Numbered from the stretch's first letter, positions 1-10,814 are shown. The stretch: 64,000 nt of DNA from an uncultured Pseudomonadales bacterium (GCA_964457085.1 CAYWDM010000002.1:203418-267417); one strand, 5' to 3'. Program-made: numbers and translations. Notes: a model not told the origin generated them from the letters alone.

Positions 1-603
1 TGCAAAAGTGGCGATAGAGTAGTGAAAGAGCACTCCAATGGTGAAAACTATATGGAATAGTAGTAGCACTTTTAGTGAGCTATTTTTTATAACCTTAATA
101 CCCAGCATCACGATCAGTAGCGAAAGTGTGGGCAGATAACTACGTTGATAGATTGAAATGTTGTGTTGAGCAAGTGAGCTACTGAGGCTGAGGGCTAAGA
201 GGCAGAGCAAGCCCAACCATTTCCCGCCAATATCTTTGCCAATTTGATACCCGAAAAAAAGTGACAGAACATTAATTGCTGTAAAAATGTGCAGCATCGT
301 TATCTCATTTCCACCGATAGTCCAGAGAAATCCGAGCCAGTTATAGTAGAGGTATGAGTTTTTGAGATAGCCCTGCCCCATATTCGCTTTTGGCGAGATG
401 GGTACGAATGTTCTTGACTCACTGATCTTTTTGGCGATCAAAACGTCTCTAGCAGAATCATCAAACCATTGAGTACGATCCCAAATTGCATGAAATCTAG
501 TAAAGATTGCAATGCTAACGACCAAGCAGAGCAGCACAGAGAATAGTATCGCAGCAATTCTAGGGGTAAATTTTGAACGTAGTTGTGAGAGTATCGAAGA
601 CAT
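1..603 (-). CDS. partial integral membrane protein, GT-C/ArnT-like glycosyltransferase (5' part only; runs off window)
   Basis: Manual translation of the minus strand from the ATG at 603 gives an open frame to position 1 with no stop (MSSILSQLRSKFTPRIAAILFSVLLCLVVSIAIF...AIWDRTQWFDDSARDVL...). The sequence has multiple hydrophobic TM segments. It is absent from the ORF track because it has no stop within the window. Confidence 0.45.
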   Translation of the reverse strand, partial: MSSILSQLRSKFTPRIAAILFSVLLCLVVSIAIFTRFHAIWDRTQWFDDSARDVLIAKKISESRTFVPISPKANMGQGYLKNSYLYYNWLGFLWTIGGNEITMLHIFTAINVLSLFFGYQIGKDIGGKWLGLLCLLALSLSSSLAQHNISIYQRSYLPTLSLLIVMLGIKVIKNSSLKVLLLFHIVFTIGVLFHYSIATFA

Positions 604-715
604 AAGCAAATTGAGTTGACTATAAAAGTAATCATTAGTTTCTCATAAATCTACGGCAACACATAGCTGAGATCCAGATACAATATACTTAGAGCTTGGT
701 ACTATATATATTATT

Positions 716-2500
716 TTGAGTATGTGGGTTATTAAACGCCTCTATCAGTTCATTTGGCAGCAACCATTTAGCTATTGGTTCGGATCGCTGTTTATGGTGT
801 CAGGCATGGTGCTAGCAAACTTCGCACCATTTTTTGTCAAATGGTTGACACAAAGCGTTCAGGCAGATCAGTTGGATCATGCACTACAGCTCATTTTATT
901 GTTTGGAGCAATTTTGGTTGCTAGCAATGCTTTTGAGAGTTTAGCGTATTTCATCACTGATAAAAACATGGTTGGGACATCAACTCGAATATCGCAAGCG
1001 GTACTGACACACATTCATAATTTGGACTTTGCATATCACACTAATAAAAGCTCAGGACAGTTAATTAGTTTGATGAAGCGTGGTGACGATGCTTTTTTCG
1101 CCTATTACGATATTTTCAATCGACAGTTTTTAAATATTTTTATTAGTTTTATGGTGATGCTAGGAGCATTTACTCAGCTGCAATCACACTACATCTTTTT
1201 TGTTCTTGGACTAGTACTGCTTAGTTCATTAGTTTCAACATCATTGGTTAAGCTAAATATTAGTAAACGAAATATTTTTAATGCGGTCGATGATGAACTG
1301 TCTTCAGTACGTGTCGATAACTTAGTCAATTTTGATACGGTTAAATATTTTGCACACGAGGTGTTTGAACAGCAGCGATTTCAGTCTTTACTCAATGCAT
1401 GGAATAGAGCACTGCAAGGTTATTTTTTTACATTTCGTTTTTTTGATTTAATTTTGGGCAATATGATCAATGTAGCTCTGGTTGGCATGATGCTGCTGGC
1501 ACTTTGGGATGTGCAAAGAGGAGCGATCACCTTAGCAGAGTTTTTATTGGTAACGACTTTCTCAATGACGCTGTTACCCAAAATGATGAACTTTCTATTT
1601 AATTTGCGAGATTTGGCAAAAAAATACTCGGACTTAAATACCTATTTTTCACTTTTAGAGGAAAAAGTTTCAGTAACTGATCCATTGCAGCCACAACTTT
1701 TATCTAAAGGTGGAGAAATTGCGTTCAATCAAGTTACTTTTACATATGGTAATTCTGACACTCCCGTTTTAAAAGACTTTAATTTATCAATTAAAAGTGG
1801 CGAAGCGGTGGCACTCGTCGGATACTCTGGAGCAGGCAAGACAACTATCGCCAAGTTATTGATGCGTATGTATGACGCTCAGACAGGAGCTATTACAGTC
1901 AACGGAGTAGACGTGCGGCAACTAACCAAGCAGACACTGCGTCGTCGCATCGGCATAGTGCCTCAGGATCCGTTACTTTTCAATAACACTATTTACTACA
2001 ATATTGCCTATGCCAGAGACAAAGTTACTAAAGCTGAGGTGTTGGCTGCTGCTGAAGCCGCTCGGGTCAGTGATTTTGTCAAAAAACTAGCTCAAGGTTT
2101 TGAAACTGTTGTGGGTGAGCGAGGTATTAAATTGTCAGGAGGGCAGCGACAGCGATTAGCTATTGCACGAGTGCTTTTGGAGCAACCTGACATTTTAGTT
2201 TTCGATGAGGCAACCAGTGCTCTAGATTCCGCTTCAGAGCAAGTCATTCAAACAGCTTTTTGGAATTTAGTTCGTGATCCAAAGCGACCTCGCACTGCCA
2301 TCGTCATCGCCCACCGACTCTCAACAATTATGAAGGCGGATCGAATAGTGGTTATGGATAAAGGAAGTATCGTGGATATCGGTACCCATAGTGAATTACT
2401 TGCTAAGGGCGATGGTATTTATAATCAACTTTGGTCACTGCAGCGTAATGGGTTTATTGGAGATGGTGAATCCGAAGAGAACGACGAAATATCATTGTAA
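716..2500 (+). CDS. ABC transporter, fused permease/ATP-binding exporter (MsbA-like)
   Basis: 594 aa with an N-terminal 6-TM region, Walker A GYSGAGKTT, ABC signature LSGGQRQR and Walker B ILVFDEATSALD. Confidence 0.85.
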   Translation: MSMWVIKRLYQFIWQQPFSYWFGSLFMVSGMVLANFAPFFVKWLTQSVQADQLDHALQLILLFGAILVASNAFESLAYFITDKNMVGTSTRISQAVLTHIHNLDFAYHTNKSSGQLISLMKRGDDAFFAYYDIFNRQFLNIFISFMVMLGAFTQLQSHYIFFVLGLVLLSSLVSTSLVKLNISKRNIFNAVDDELSSVRVDNLVNFDTVKYFAHEVFEQQRFQSLLNAWNRALQGYFFTFRFFDLILGNMINVALVGMMLLALWDVQRGAITLAEFLLVTTFSMTLLPKMMNFLFNLRDLAKKYSDLNTYFSLLEEKVSVTDPLQPQLLSKGGEIAFNQVTFTYGNSDTPVLKDFNLSIKSGEAVALVGYSGAGKTTIAKLLMRMYDAQTGAITVNGVDVRQLTKQTLRRRIGIVPQDPLLFNNTIYYNIAYARDKVTKAEVLAAAEAARVSDFVKKLAQGFETVVGERGIKLSGGQRQRLAIARVLLEQPDILVFDEATSALDSASEQVIQTAFWNLVRDPKRPRTAIVIAHRLSTIMKADRIVVMDKGSIVDIGTHSELLAKGDGIYNQLWSLQRNGFIGDGESEENDEISL

Positions 2501-2511
2501 TCGGCTCAAGA

Positions 2512-3567
2512 CTAAGATTCTAACAATTCCTGTAGATATTTTTCCAATTCTTCATCCCCATTCCAAGCAATAATATGCTGTTCGGTGATTAAATCGAGAT
2601 GAATTTTTGGTGTTTTTCCCTGAAAATTTAAGACTTTGCCTCCAGCAGCTTCTACGACTCCAATAATTGGAGCTAGGTCATATGAAAGCTGCTTGGCTCG
2701 AATCAGTGCATCTAATTGTCCTCGAGCCGTCATGGCACCAGCATGCTGAATGTCGATGCCTGCATAGAGTCGCTGTGCGTGTAGTGCGAGTTTCTTGATG
2801 CCAGCATCCCAAACATCAGCTCTAAGATCTTTATGCCCAATCGAGACCACACAGCGTCTCACATCGTTTTGTACGTATTGGGATTTACTGACGTGAATGG
2901 TCTCACCGGCTAGATTCCAACAACCTGATCCTGGAATCCCAAGTACAAGTTGCTGCTGAGTCTGAACTTGGGGAAGAGCAATGGCTGAAGCAATAATGCC
3001 GCTATGTGTTTCATCTACAACTGTTGCATCGTATAGTGCCATGCCTACAGCCCAACCTTCATCGATCCCTCGAGTAAAACTAATTGATCCATCGATAGGA
3101 TCAATTGTAATAATCCTTCGACCTGAAAGGTTATATCCGCCGCTTTCTTCATCGAGGATTCCATAGGTTGGAAAATACTCTTTTACTAATGAGCTGAGTA
3201 CTAAACTTGAAATTGTGTCTCCTAGTGAGTAGGTTTCCCTTCCAGCTGCATCTTTGCTTTCCCCTAGGCCCACAAGATGTTTGACACTATCAGCGAGCGT
3301 TAGGCCGATGAGACAGGCTTGTGCCATGAGTAGACTAGCTTTCGCTGTCTCAGCTTGTGTTGTCGAGCTGACTGAAGAAACTAGCTTCTCATTGAGGATA
3401 GGTGTTCTCTTAAGACTTATTAAGAGTAAGTCTAATGTTCTTTGATCTATTCGTAGTTGCTGTTTTTTTGTGACCAAAACTTTTTGAGCCGAATCGAGTA
3501 ATTGTTGGGGAATCTGCGATAGAGAGTCAGACATATTTTCATTGTATATGTTTGCTCTAGTTGGCAA
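2512..3567 (-). CDS. inositol monophosphatase family protein with N-terminal extension
   Basis: Motifs ILDEESGG, IDPIDGS and a C-terminal YDLAPIIGVVEAAGG (WDxAAG-like) are typical of the IMPase/SuhB family. About 90 aa of unrelated N-terminus precede them. Confidence 0.7.
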   Translation of the reverse strand: MPTRANIYNENMSDSLSQIPQQLLDSAQKVLVTKKQQLRIDQRTLDLLLISLKRTPILNEKLVSSVSSTTQAETAKASLLMAQACLIGLTLADSVKHLVGLGESKDAAGRETYSLGDTISSLVLSSLVKEYFPTYGILDEESGGYNLSGRRIITIDPIDGSISFTRGIDEGWAVGMALYDATVVDETHSGIIASAIALPQVQTQQQLVLGIPGSGCWNLAGETIHVSKSQYVQNDVRRCVVSIGHKDLRADVWDAGIKKLALHAQRLYAGIDIQHAGAMTARGQLDALIRAKQLSYDLAPIIGVVEAAGGKVLNFQGKTPKIHLDLITEQHIIAWNGDEELEKYLQELLES

Positions 3568-3859
3568 TAGCAGCTAGTTTTTTGAGGTATATTTGATCAC
3601 AAACTACCCTGTTGTATTCTCGATACTACTCTTGTAAAATACAGCTTTGTTACTCAAGCAGATAACTCGAGGAAATATGCAGAAATGCATTATTTTCCAC
3701 TTCAACCGCCTGCACAAGTGTGTGCAGTGTTGATACAGAAATTTGACTTGAGGACTACTACGAACTCTGGGCTATACAGAAGATAAAACAACCGATATAA
3801 TTACGGCCTGTAGTTTTTAGACAGAAAATTGTACAAAAAGTAAACCTTAACAAAAAGCA

Positions 3860-4192
3860 ATGGCGAACAAAACCAGTAGCACCCAAAACAGTTATAAAAT
3901 CAGAGTCAGACTTAAGTCTTATGACCATCGAGTTATAGACGAAGCCTCACGCAAGATTTTGCAGACCGCGTTGTCTACCGGTGCGAAAATTGTGGGTCCA
4001 GTACCTTTACCGACCGATACCCGGTCGTTCACCGTATTGTCTTCACCTCATTCCGACAAGAATGCTCAAGAGCATTACGAGATGAGAACACACAAACGCT
4101 TAATTGATATTGTTAATCCAACTAATAAAACTATTGATTCGTTAATGCACCTGGAATTGCCCGCTGGTGTAGATATTCAAATCAAGATGTAG
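3860..4192 (+). CDS. rpsJ: 30S ribosomal protein S10
   Basis: [23 protein letters not shown]...GPVPLPT is conserved S10 sequence; it is the first gene of the S10 operon. Confidence 0.9.
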   Translation: MANKTSSTQNSYKIRVRLKSYDHRVIDEASRKILQTALSTGAKIVGPVPLPTDTRSFTVLSSPHSDKNAQEHYEMRTHKRLIDIVNPTNKTIDSLMHLELPAGVDIQIKM

Positions 4193-4298
4193 TTGGAAGG
4201 AATTTTTGTATATACCTTAAGTAGAGTCAACAGAAACGATTACTGGCTTAATCAGCTTGAGATCATAACTTAGTGCGGAGAGTTGCACACAACGACAT

Positions 4299-5093
4299 AT
4301 GCTAAATACTATTATCGCAACCAAAATTGGCATGACACAAGCCTGGTCTAAAGACGGCAAACGTCTTGCTGTGACCAAGTGTAAAGTTGGTCCAAACATG
4401 GTTGTTGGCCAACAACTTACCAAAGCACTCGAGAAAACATATAAAGCCTCAGATCTTAAACCATGTACCATTTTTGAAATTGGTTATGGCAAGAAGAAAA
4501 TTGCAAACACTAATAAACCACTCCGATCTAGATTAGAAAAGAGCGGTTTTTCGGTTGGCGTCCGTTCAGTCTCTGGCATTCGTCAATTTGAAGGTGAGAA
4601 CTTTGACTTAAAGGTGGGTGATACATTGGCAACTGATCGAGTATTATCGATCGGTGACGTAGTCGCAGTTCAGGGCCAAACTAAAGGTCGCGGTTTTGCA
4701 GGTGGTGTGAAGCGACATGGTTTTAAAGGTGGTCCTAAGACTCATGGTCAATCAGATCGTCAGCGTGCTATCGGTTCAATTGGTTGTCGTACTACTCCAG
4801 GTCGTGTTTGGCCAGGCAAACGCATGGCAGGTCATATGGGTAATGTTACTCAGTCAGTTTCTGGCTTAGTAGTGCTTTTCATTGACACTGACAACAACGA
4901 GATTTGGCTGAGTGGCCCAGTTCCAGGATCTAACACCTCCACAATTAAAATCACCAAAACTGGTGACAAAAAAGCTATCGAATTAGATTTATCACTAATG
5001 GGACTTGAGAAGGTTGCTCCAGCTGTAGAAGCTGTTGAAACTGCAGAAGTCGCAGAAGTTGCAGCAGAAACCACCGAGGAAATAAAGGCCTAA
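4299..5093 (+). CDS. rplC: 50S ribosomal protein L3 (with acidic Ala/Glu-rich C-terminal tail)
   Basis: KIGMTQAW...GVTKGRGFAG-like L3 core; the position after S10 supports the call. Confidence 0.9.
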   Translation: MLNTIIATKIGMTQAWSKDGKRLAVTKCKVGPNMVVGQQLTKALEKTYKASDLKPCTIFEIGYGKKKIANTNKPLRSRLEKSGFSVGVRSVSGIRQFEGENFDLKVGDTLATDRVLSIGDVVAVQGQTKGRGFAGGVKRHGFKGGPKTHGQSDRQRAIGSIGCRTTPGRVWPGKRMAGHMGNVTQSVSGLVVLFIDTDNNEIWLSGPVPGSNTSTIKITKTGDKKAIELDLSLMGLEKVAPAVEAVETAEVAEVAAETTEEIKA

Positions 5094-5096
5094 GAC

Positions 5097-5732
5097 ATGC
5101 AATTAACTTCAATCTCAGCAACCGGCGATAAAGGTACATTTAAAGCACAAGACACTGTCTTTGCAGTACCTGCAAATGATTCTTTATTGAGTCAAGCAAT
5201 TCACGTTTACCGCAATAATCAACGCCAAGGTACAAGTAAGGTTAAGACTCGTAGTGAGACTAATCGTACTAAGAAGAAATGGTACAAGCAAAAAGGTACT
5301 GGTAATGCACGACATGGTGCTCGTACACCAAGTTTATTTGTTGGTGGTGGTGTGGCTCATGGTCCTAATGGCATGCAAAACTGGTCACGTTCAATGACCA
5401 AGGCCATGGCTCGCCAGGCTATCAAAGTTGCATTATCTGCTCAAGTTAAAAACATCGTTATCTGTGATAGTTTGGAGAGACTTGATGGTAAGACTGCAAC
5501 TGCAGCCAAAATGCTCAAGAAAGTAGTGCCTAACAGTGTTCGCACTTTGGTAGTACTTCCAGAGACACAGGCTTTGATTGTTCGCGGTTTCCGCAACATG
5601 AATAGCGTTTTGACCACAACTGCACTTCGCTTAAATGTATATCAAGTTGCTGCCGCTGATACTATTTTGACTACTACCAGTGCTATTAAAGCTTTAGAGA
5701 CCCGCTTGTTGGGTGAGGAGGCAATAGCCTAA
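5097..5732 (+). CDS. rplD: 50S ribosomal protein L4
   Basis: Operon position plus L4-like sequence (KKWYKQKGTGNARHGARTPSLFVGGGVAHGP). Confidence 0.9.
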   Translation: MQLTSISATGDKGTFKAQDTVFAVPANDSLLSQAIHVYRNNQRQGTSKVKTRSETNRTKKKWYKQKGTGNARHGARTPSLFVGGGVAHGPNGMQNWSRSMTKAMARQAIKVALSAQVKNIVICDSLERLDGKTATAAKMLKKVVPNSVRTLVVLPETQALIVRGFRNMNSVLTTTALRLNVYQVAAADTILTTTSAIKALETRLLGEEAIA

Positions 5733-5735
5733 AGA

Positions 5736-6041
5736 TTGGACACTATCATGAAACCATATATCATTCGTCGCCCCATCATCACTGAAAAGTCATTACACAT
5801 GGCAAACCAGATGAATGTCTATGTGTTTGAAGTTGACCGTATGGCCAACAAAACCGAGATAAAAGAAGCAGTAGAAGATATTTTCAAGGTCAATGTTGAG
5901 GCCGTAAACACTGTGATGAGTCATAGTGCTACCAAATCAACTGGTCGCCGCCGCATTAAAGTGGTAACTGCCAAAACCAAGAAAGTCATGGTCAAGGTCA
6001 AAACAGGAGAGAAGATTCCCTTGTTTGATATTACCGGCTAA
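5736..6041 (+). CDS. rplW: 50S ribosomal protein L23
   Basis: Operon position; sequence EKSLHMANQMNVYVFEVDRMANKTEIKEAVEDIFKV. Confidence 0.9.
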   Translation: MDTIMKPYIIRRPIITEKSLHMANQMNVYVFEVDRMANKTEIKEAVEDIFKVNVEAVNTVMSHSATKSTGRRRIKVVTAKTKKVMVKVKTGEKIPLFDITG

Positions 6042-6053
6042 GGAATTATTACA

Positions 6054-6887
6054 ATGATACGTATAGCTACCCCAACCACTCCCGGAAGACGCAATCTCGC
6101 TTTAATTGATCGTAGCGACTTGAAGAAAACCGGTCCAGAGAAATCACTATTAGTTCCAGGACACAAGAAACGTCAGGGTCGTGGCTTTAGAGGTCACATC
6201 ACTGTTAGACATCGTGGTGCTGGTGTAAAGAAGAGATTGCGTGTCATTGATTGGCGCCGTGACAAATTGGACGTAGTTGGTATCGTTAAGAGTCTCGAGC
6301 ATGATCCCATGCGTTCAGCTCATATTGCTTTGATCTGGTATAAAGATGGCGAGAAGCGCTATATCGTTGCTCCTCATGATCTCAAAGTTGGTGCTGAGAT
6401 CATTGCCTCGGAAAAAGCTGAGCCTTTGGCAGGTAATGCTATGGCTCTCAAGAATATTCCTATTGGTGTGCCTATTCACTGTATCGAATTAGTTAAAGGC
6501 AAAGGTGCACAATTGGTTCGAGGTGCAGGTAACGCAGCATTGGTTCAAGCCAAAGATGAGAAATATGTCACCATTCTTTTACCTTCCAAGGAACAAAGAT
6601 TGATAAATGCGGATTGTTTCGCTACAATCGGCCAGGTTGGCAACTCAGATTGGAAGAATCAGAAGTTAGGTAAAGCTGGTCGCAAGCGTCTGATGGGTAT
6701 TCGTCCTTCAGTTCGTGGTACTGCTATGCATCCCAACAACCATCCACATGGTGGTGGTGAGGGTCGCTCAGGTGCTGGTTTGAAATATCAGAAGACCAAG
6801 TGGGGTAAAAATGCAGCTCCAGGTAAGAAGACCAGAAGTGTGCGTAAGAGCACCAAGATGATCGTCAAAGATCGAAGGGCCAAATAA
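6054..6887 (+). CDS. rplB: 50S ribosomal protein L2
   Basis: Conserved L2 motifs GRRNLALI...HPHGGGEGRS. Confidence 0.95.
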   Translation: MIRIATPTTPGRRNLALIDRSDLKKTGPEKSLLVPGHKKRQGRGFRGHITVRHRGAGVKKRLRVIDWRRDKLDVVGIVKSLEHDPMRSAHIALIWYKDGEKRYIVAPHDLKVGAEIIASEKAEPLAGNAMALKNIPIGVPIHCIELVKGKGAQLVRGAGNAALVQAKDEKYVTILLPSKEQRLINADCFATIGQVGNSDWKNQKLGKAGRKRLMGIRPSVRGTAMHPNNHPHGGGEGRSGAGLKYQKTKWGKNAAPGKKTRSVRKSTKMIVKDRRAK

Positions 6888-6899
6888 GGTTATAAAACT

Positions 6900-7184
6900 A
6901 TGTCGAGATCAAGTAAAAAAGGACCATACATTGACCCAAAGCTGATGACTAAAGTCAGTAAGCAGAAGTTAAGTGGTGACAAAGCTGGTATCAAAACTTG
7001 GAGTCGCGCTTGCGTGATTGCTCCAGATTTTGTTGGCCACACCTTCATGGTACATCAAGGTCGCAAATTTATTGAGGTATTCGTTACTGAAGCCATGGTT
7101 GGACATACTTTGGGTGAGTTTTCTCCCACTCGTACTTTCCGTGGTCACGGTAAAGTCATTAAACGAGTGTTGAGTAAGACTTAA
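6900..7184 (+). CDS. rpsS: 30S ribosomal protein S19
   Basis: [14 protein letters not shown]...[11 protein letters not shown] matches S19. Confidence 0.95.
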   Translation: MSRSSKKGPYIDPKLMTKVSKQKLSGDKAGIKTWSRACVIAPDFVGHTFMVHQGRKFIEVFVTEAMVGHTLGEFSPTRTFRGHGKVIKRVLSKT

Positions 7185-7203
7185 CATTTGAAAGTGGATT
7201 AAC

Positions 7204-7683
7204 ATGATAATTACTGCAGAACAAAAAAACTCTCGCCAATCGGACCGCAAAGTCTTGTTGGTGGCCAATGCTGTTAAAAAGCTTGAGATTCCTGAAGCAA
7301 TTAAACAACTTGGTGTAATCGAGAAAAAAGCTAGTATCGTGATACTCAAAGTATTGCGACAGGCTATCGCTAATGCCACTCATAACCATGGTTTGGCAGT
7401 AGCTGACTTAGCTATCAAAGCTATCATCATTGGTGGTGGCACACCATACAAGCGTTTCCGTGCAGCTAGTCGTGGTCGTGCTCACTCAATTTTGAAGAGA
7501 ACCTGTCACGTTCGTGTGGAGCTGATCACCAAAAGTGATATCCCCGTTAAAGCACTGAAGACTGATAAAAAAGCTATCGTTGCAGCTGATGTGAAGAAAG
7601 CAACCAAGGTCGTAGCTAAAGCTGCTAAGGCCACAATCGAGAAAACAACTAAGAAAGCAACTAAATCTAAGAAGGCTGAGTAA
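7204..7683 (+). CDS. rplV: 50S ribosomal protein L22 (with K/A-rich C-terminal tail)
   Basis: Operon position plus L22 core; the C-terminal KKATKVVAKAAKA tail is low-complexity. Confidence 0.9.
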   Translation: MIITAEQKNSRQSDRKVLLVANAVKKLEIPEAIKQLGVIEKKASIVILKVLRQAIANATHNHGLAVADLAIKAIIIGGGTPYKRFRAASRGRAHSILKRTCHVRVELITKSDIPVKALKTDKKAIVAADVKKATKVVAKAAKATIEKTTKKATKSKKAE

Positions 7684-7688
7684 ATAGT

Positions 7689-8339
7689 ATGGGACAAAAA
7701 GTTAATCCTACCGGTTTCAGATTGGGCATTATATTCGACTGGAAGTCTCGTTGGTTCGCCAACAAAAGTGACTACCCTTCTAAAGTGCTCGAAGATTATA
7801 AGCTACGCAAGTTCTTAAACGAGAAGTTGGTCAGTGCTGGTTTGGTGGATGTCTCAATTGAACGCTCGATTTCAAAGATGCGCATCGTTCTAACTGTTGG
7901 TCGCCCAGGTGTAGTGATTGGTAAGGGTGGCTCAAATCTAGAGATCTTGAAAAAAGATATCGAGAAATTAATTAACGTTGCTAAAATTGCTAAAGATAAA
8001 GTCAAGATCGACCTCAAAGTTGAAGAGGTGAGAGATCCAAATTTGAGTTCAAAATTAGTTGCTGAGAGAATCGTGAGTCAGATGTTGGCAAGATATCCTC
8101 ATCGACGCGCAGTTAACCAGGCTTTGGAAAAAGTTATGGCAGCTGGTGCTAAGGGTATTAAAATTCAGCTCTCAGGTCGTGTAGGCGGTGCAGAGATTGG
8201 TCGCAGTGAGAAATATTTCCGCGGTAGTGTGCCTACTCAAACACTTCGCGCCAACATTGATTATTTTGAAACTCCAGCTAAGACTCGATCAGGCTACGTC
8301 GGTATTAAAGTCTGGATTTATCGGGGAGAAATAGTTTAA
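7689..8339 (+). CDS. rpsC: 30S ribosomal protein S3
   Basis: MGQKVNPTGFRLGI...KH domain...GIKVWI matches S3. Confidence 0.95.
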   Translation: MGQKVNPTGFRLGIIFDWKSRWFANKSDYPSKVLEDYKLRKFLNEKLVSAGLVDVSIERSISKMRIVLTVGRPGVVIGKGGSNLEILKKDIEKLINVAKIAKDKVKIDLKVEEVRDPNLSSKLVAERIVSQMLARYPHRRAVNQALEKVMAAGAKGIKIQLSGRVGGAEIGRSEKYFRGSVPTQTLRANIDYFETPAKTRSGYVGIKVWIYRGEIV

Positions 8340-8357
8340 CTCAACTAGGTACTTACT

Positions 8358-8762
8358 ATGTTACAACCAAAGAAATCAAAACATCGCAAAGCCTTCCGAG
8401 GTAAAATTCGTGGCGTCGCGATTCGTGGCTCACAATTAGCCTTTGGTGAATTCGGTCTTCGTGCCACCACCAGTGGTCGCGTGACTGCTAAACAAATTGA
8501 AGCTGCTCGTAAAAAAATCTCCTTTGTGACCAAGCGTGTTGGTAAATATTGGATTAAGATTTTCCCTCACAAGCCATTCACTTTAAAACCACTTGGAGTC
8601 AAGATGGGCTCAGGTAAGGGTGCTGTGGATAAATACGTCGCTTCAATCAAACCAGGAATGATTCTATTCGAACTTGGTGGTGTGACTGAAGAGATGGCTA
8701 AAACTGCATTTACAAAAGCTGGTCATAAATTATCGGTGCAGACTGCCTTCATCAAGAAATAA
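8358..8762 (+). CDS. rplP: 50S ribosomal protein L16
   Basis: MLQPKKSKHRKAFRGK...GSGKGAVDKYVA matches L16. Confidence 0.95.
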   Translation: MLQPKKSKHRKAFRGKIRGVAIRGSQLAFGEFGLRATTSGRVTAKQIEAARKKISFVTKRVGKYWIKIFPHKPFTLKPLGVKMGSGKGAVDKYVASIKPGMILFELGGVTEEMAKTAFTKAGHKLSVQTAFIKK

Positions 8763-8774
8763 TCGGAAGTTATC

Positions 8775-8972
8775 ATGAAACACAAAGACATTGCTATCCT
8801 TCACCAAAAAACCACCACTGAGTTGGAGGTTGAATTGGAGAAGTTACTTAAAGAGTTAACTAAAGCTCGGTTGGAAAAAGCCACCGGCAAGCTCAGCAAT
8901 GTGGCATTGGTTCACACTTTGGCAGATGACGTTGCTAGAGTGCGTACCATCATAAAGGAGAAACTCGTATGA
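8775..8972 (+). CDS. rpmC: 50S ribosomal protein L29
   Basis: 65-aa coiled-coil protein located between L16 and S17. Confidence 0.85.
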   Translation: MKHKDIAILHQKTTTELEVELEKLLKELTKARLEKATGKLSNVALVHTLADDVARVRTIIKEKLV

Positions 8973-9211
8973 GAACCATCATCGGTAAAGTGGTTTCGTT
9001 AAAAACCCCACAGACTGCACAAGTGTTGGTGACTCGCCAATGGCAGCATCCCTTGTACAAGAAGTCGGTAAAACGAAGCAAAAAATACGCCTGTCACGTG
9101 AGCGAACTCGAGTTGGCAATGGGTGACAAGGTGGAAATTGCAGAGTGTGCACCTATCAGTGCTACGAAGCGATTTAAAGTAGTTTCCAAGATTGCGATTA
9201 AGGCATCTTAA
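8969..9211 (+). CDS. rpsQ: 30S ribosomal protein S17
   Basis: GKVVS.KTPQTAQVLVTR...YKKSVKRSKKYACH matches S17; there is a 4-nt overlap with L29. Confidence 0.9.
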   Translation: MRTIIGKVVSLKTPQTAQVLVTRQWQHPLYKKSVKRSKKYACHVSELELAMGDKVEIAECAPISATKRFKVVSKIAIKAS

Positions 9212-9281
9212 CCGTATAATATGCTTCTCCTGAAAAGGGGTAAGCAGTCAAGACTAAAATATAATTTGACTGGTACAAAAA

Positions 9282-9656
9282 ATGATACAGTTACGTTCGG
9301 TACTACAAGTAGCAGATAACAGTGGCGCAAAGAGAGTTCGCGTCATCCAAGTTTATGGTGGCTCAAAACGCCGCTTTGGCTATGTGGGTGATGTGGTCTG
9401 TGCTTCAGTAATCGTGGCAAGTCCTCAAGGTACACTTAAAAAAGGTGCTAAGATTCGTGCTGTGATTGTTCGCACTCGCAAAGAGAGCCGCCGCAGTAAT
9501 GGTGAGTACATTAAATTTGATGATAACGCAGTAGTGATCGTCGAGGCTCGAGATAACCCCAATCCAGTTGGAACTCGTGTTTTTGGTCCAATCGCTCGCG
9601 AAGTCAAAGATAAAGGTTTCGCCAAGATTTCCAGTTTAGCCCAGGAGGTACTATGA
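9282..9656 (+). CDS. rplN: 50S ribosomal protein L14
   Basis: [17 protein letters not shown]...VIVRTRKE matches L14. Confidence 0.95.
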   Translation: MIQLRSVLQVADNSGAKRVRVIQVYGGSKRRFGYVGDVVCASVIVASPQGTLKKGAKIRAVIVRTRKESRRSNGEYIKFDDNAVVIVEARDNPNPVGTRVFGPIAREVKDKGFAKISSLAQEVL

Positions 9657-9985
9657 AGTTACATATCGGCGACAGAGTTTTAGTTACTGCTGGTAAAGAC
9701 AAAGGCATTAAAAGTGAGATTACTAAAGTGATCCCTAAAGAGGCCAAAGTCGTGGTGAAGGGTGTGAACATTTACACTAAACACGTTAAGCCAATGGGTG
9801 ATCGCCCAGGTGAAAAACGCAAGATAGAACGACCTTTAGATATTGCTAAGGTGGCTATCTTAAATGACAAAGATCAAAGAGACAGAGTGGGATATAAAGT
9901 TATGGCTGATGGTCGCAAAGAGCGAGTATTCAAGAAGACTGGTAAGGTCGTTCCTGATGCTAAACAGCCAGCTAGTAAGAAATAA
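9653..9985 (+). CDS. rplX: 50S ribosomal protein L24
   Basis: [18 protein letters not shown] (KOW motif) plus operon position. Confidence 0.9.
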   Translation: MKLHIGDRVLVTAGKDKGIKSEITKVIPKEAKVVVKGVNIYTKHVKPMGDRPGEKRKIERPLDIAKVAILNDKDQRDRVGYKVMADGRKERVFKKTGKVVPDAKQPASKK

Positions 9986-9987
9986 CT

Positions 9988-10554
9988 ATGAACCGTTTGA
10001 AGCAGAAATACCAATCAGAAGTGATCGCAGCTTTAACCAAAGAGTTCAAGCACGCTAATGTTTTTGAAGTCGCTACTGTGAAGAAAGTTACTTTGAACAT
10101 GGGTGTGACTGATCCTCAAGAGCCAAGAGCTCGCGAGCGAGTCATCGCTGGCATCATGAAGCAATTTGAATTAGTTGCAGGCCAAAAGCCAATGATGACC
10201 AAAGCCAAGAAAGCCATTGCTAACTTTAAGTTACGTGCTGGTGATCCACTCGGAGTCATGGTGACTCTTCGCGGTGAGTTAATGTGGGAGTTCATGGATA
10301 AATTGATCTCAATCACCTTACCTCGTGTCAAAGATTTTAGAGGTGTTTCTCGAAAAGCATTTGATGGTAAGGGTAATTATAGTTTAGGTCTTGAAGAGCA
10401 AATTGCTTTTCCAGAAATTGACTACGACAAGATTGACCGAATTCGCAGTTTACAAGTAAATATTACTTGTAAGTCAAAGAGTGACGCAGAGACATATCGT
10501 TTATTGGAACTCCTCGGCATGCCTTTTGCTAAGGAAGAAGACAAGAAGAACTAA
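9988..10554 (+). CDS. rplE: 50S ribosomal protein L5
   Basis: GVTDPQEPRA...LRGELMWEFMDKLISITLPRVKDFRG matches L5. Confidence 0.95.
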   Translation: MNRLKQKYQSEVIAALTKEFKHANVFEVATVKKVTLNMGVTDPQEPRARERVIAGIMKQFELVAGQKPMMTKAKKAIANFKLRAGDPLGVMVTLRGELMWEFMDKLISITLPRVKDFRGVSRKAFDGKGNYSLGLEEQIAFPEIDYDKIDRIRSLQVNITCKSKSDAETYRLLELLGMPFAKEEDKKN

Positions 10555-10566
10555 GGCAAGATAATT

Positions 10567-10797
10567 ATGGCTAAAAAATCGAAAATTGCTAAAACCGAAA
10601 AAATCCAAGCTCTACGCTCAAAGTATATTGCTTTAGGTGTAAAAAAAGTCAACAAAGTGTCGACTCGAGCAAACAACCGTTGTAAAATCACTGGTCGTCC
10701 CAGAGGTTTTATGCGCTTCTTTGGTTTAAGTAGAATTACATTTCGTGAGCTGGCTGTGAAGGGTGAATTACCCGGAGTAGTCAAAGCCAGTAAATAA
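10567..10797 (+). CDS. rpsN: 30S ribosomal protein S14 (76-aa intermediate, non-zinc form)
   Basis: The C-terminus [39 protein letters not shown] matches the S14 C-terminal signature; the gene lies between L5 and S8. Confidence 0.8.
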   Translation: MAKKSKIAKTEKIQALRSKYIALGVKKVNKVSTRANNRCKITGRPRGFMRFFGLSRITFRELAVKGELPGVVKASK

Positions 10798-10814
10798 TTG
10801 AGAAAGATATACTA

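Noticed and set aside
438-635. 65-aa minus-strand ORF
   Set aside because: It lies in an alternative frame of the longer open frame 603 to 1 (partial membrane protein), which has coherent TM segments. It is most likely a spurious overlap.
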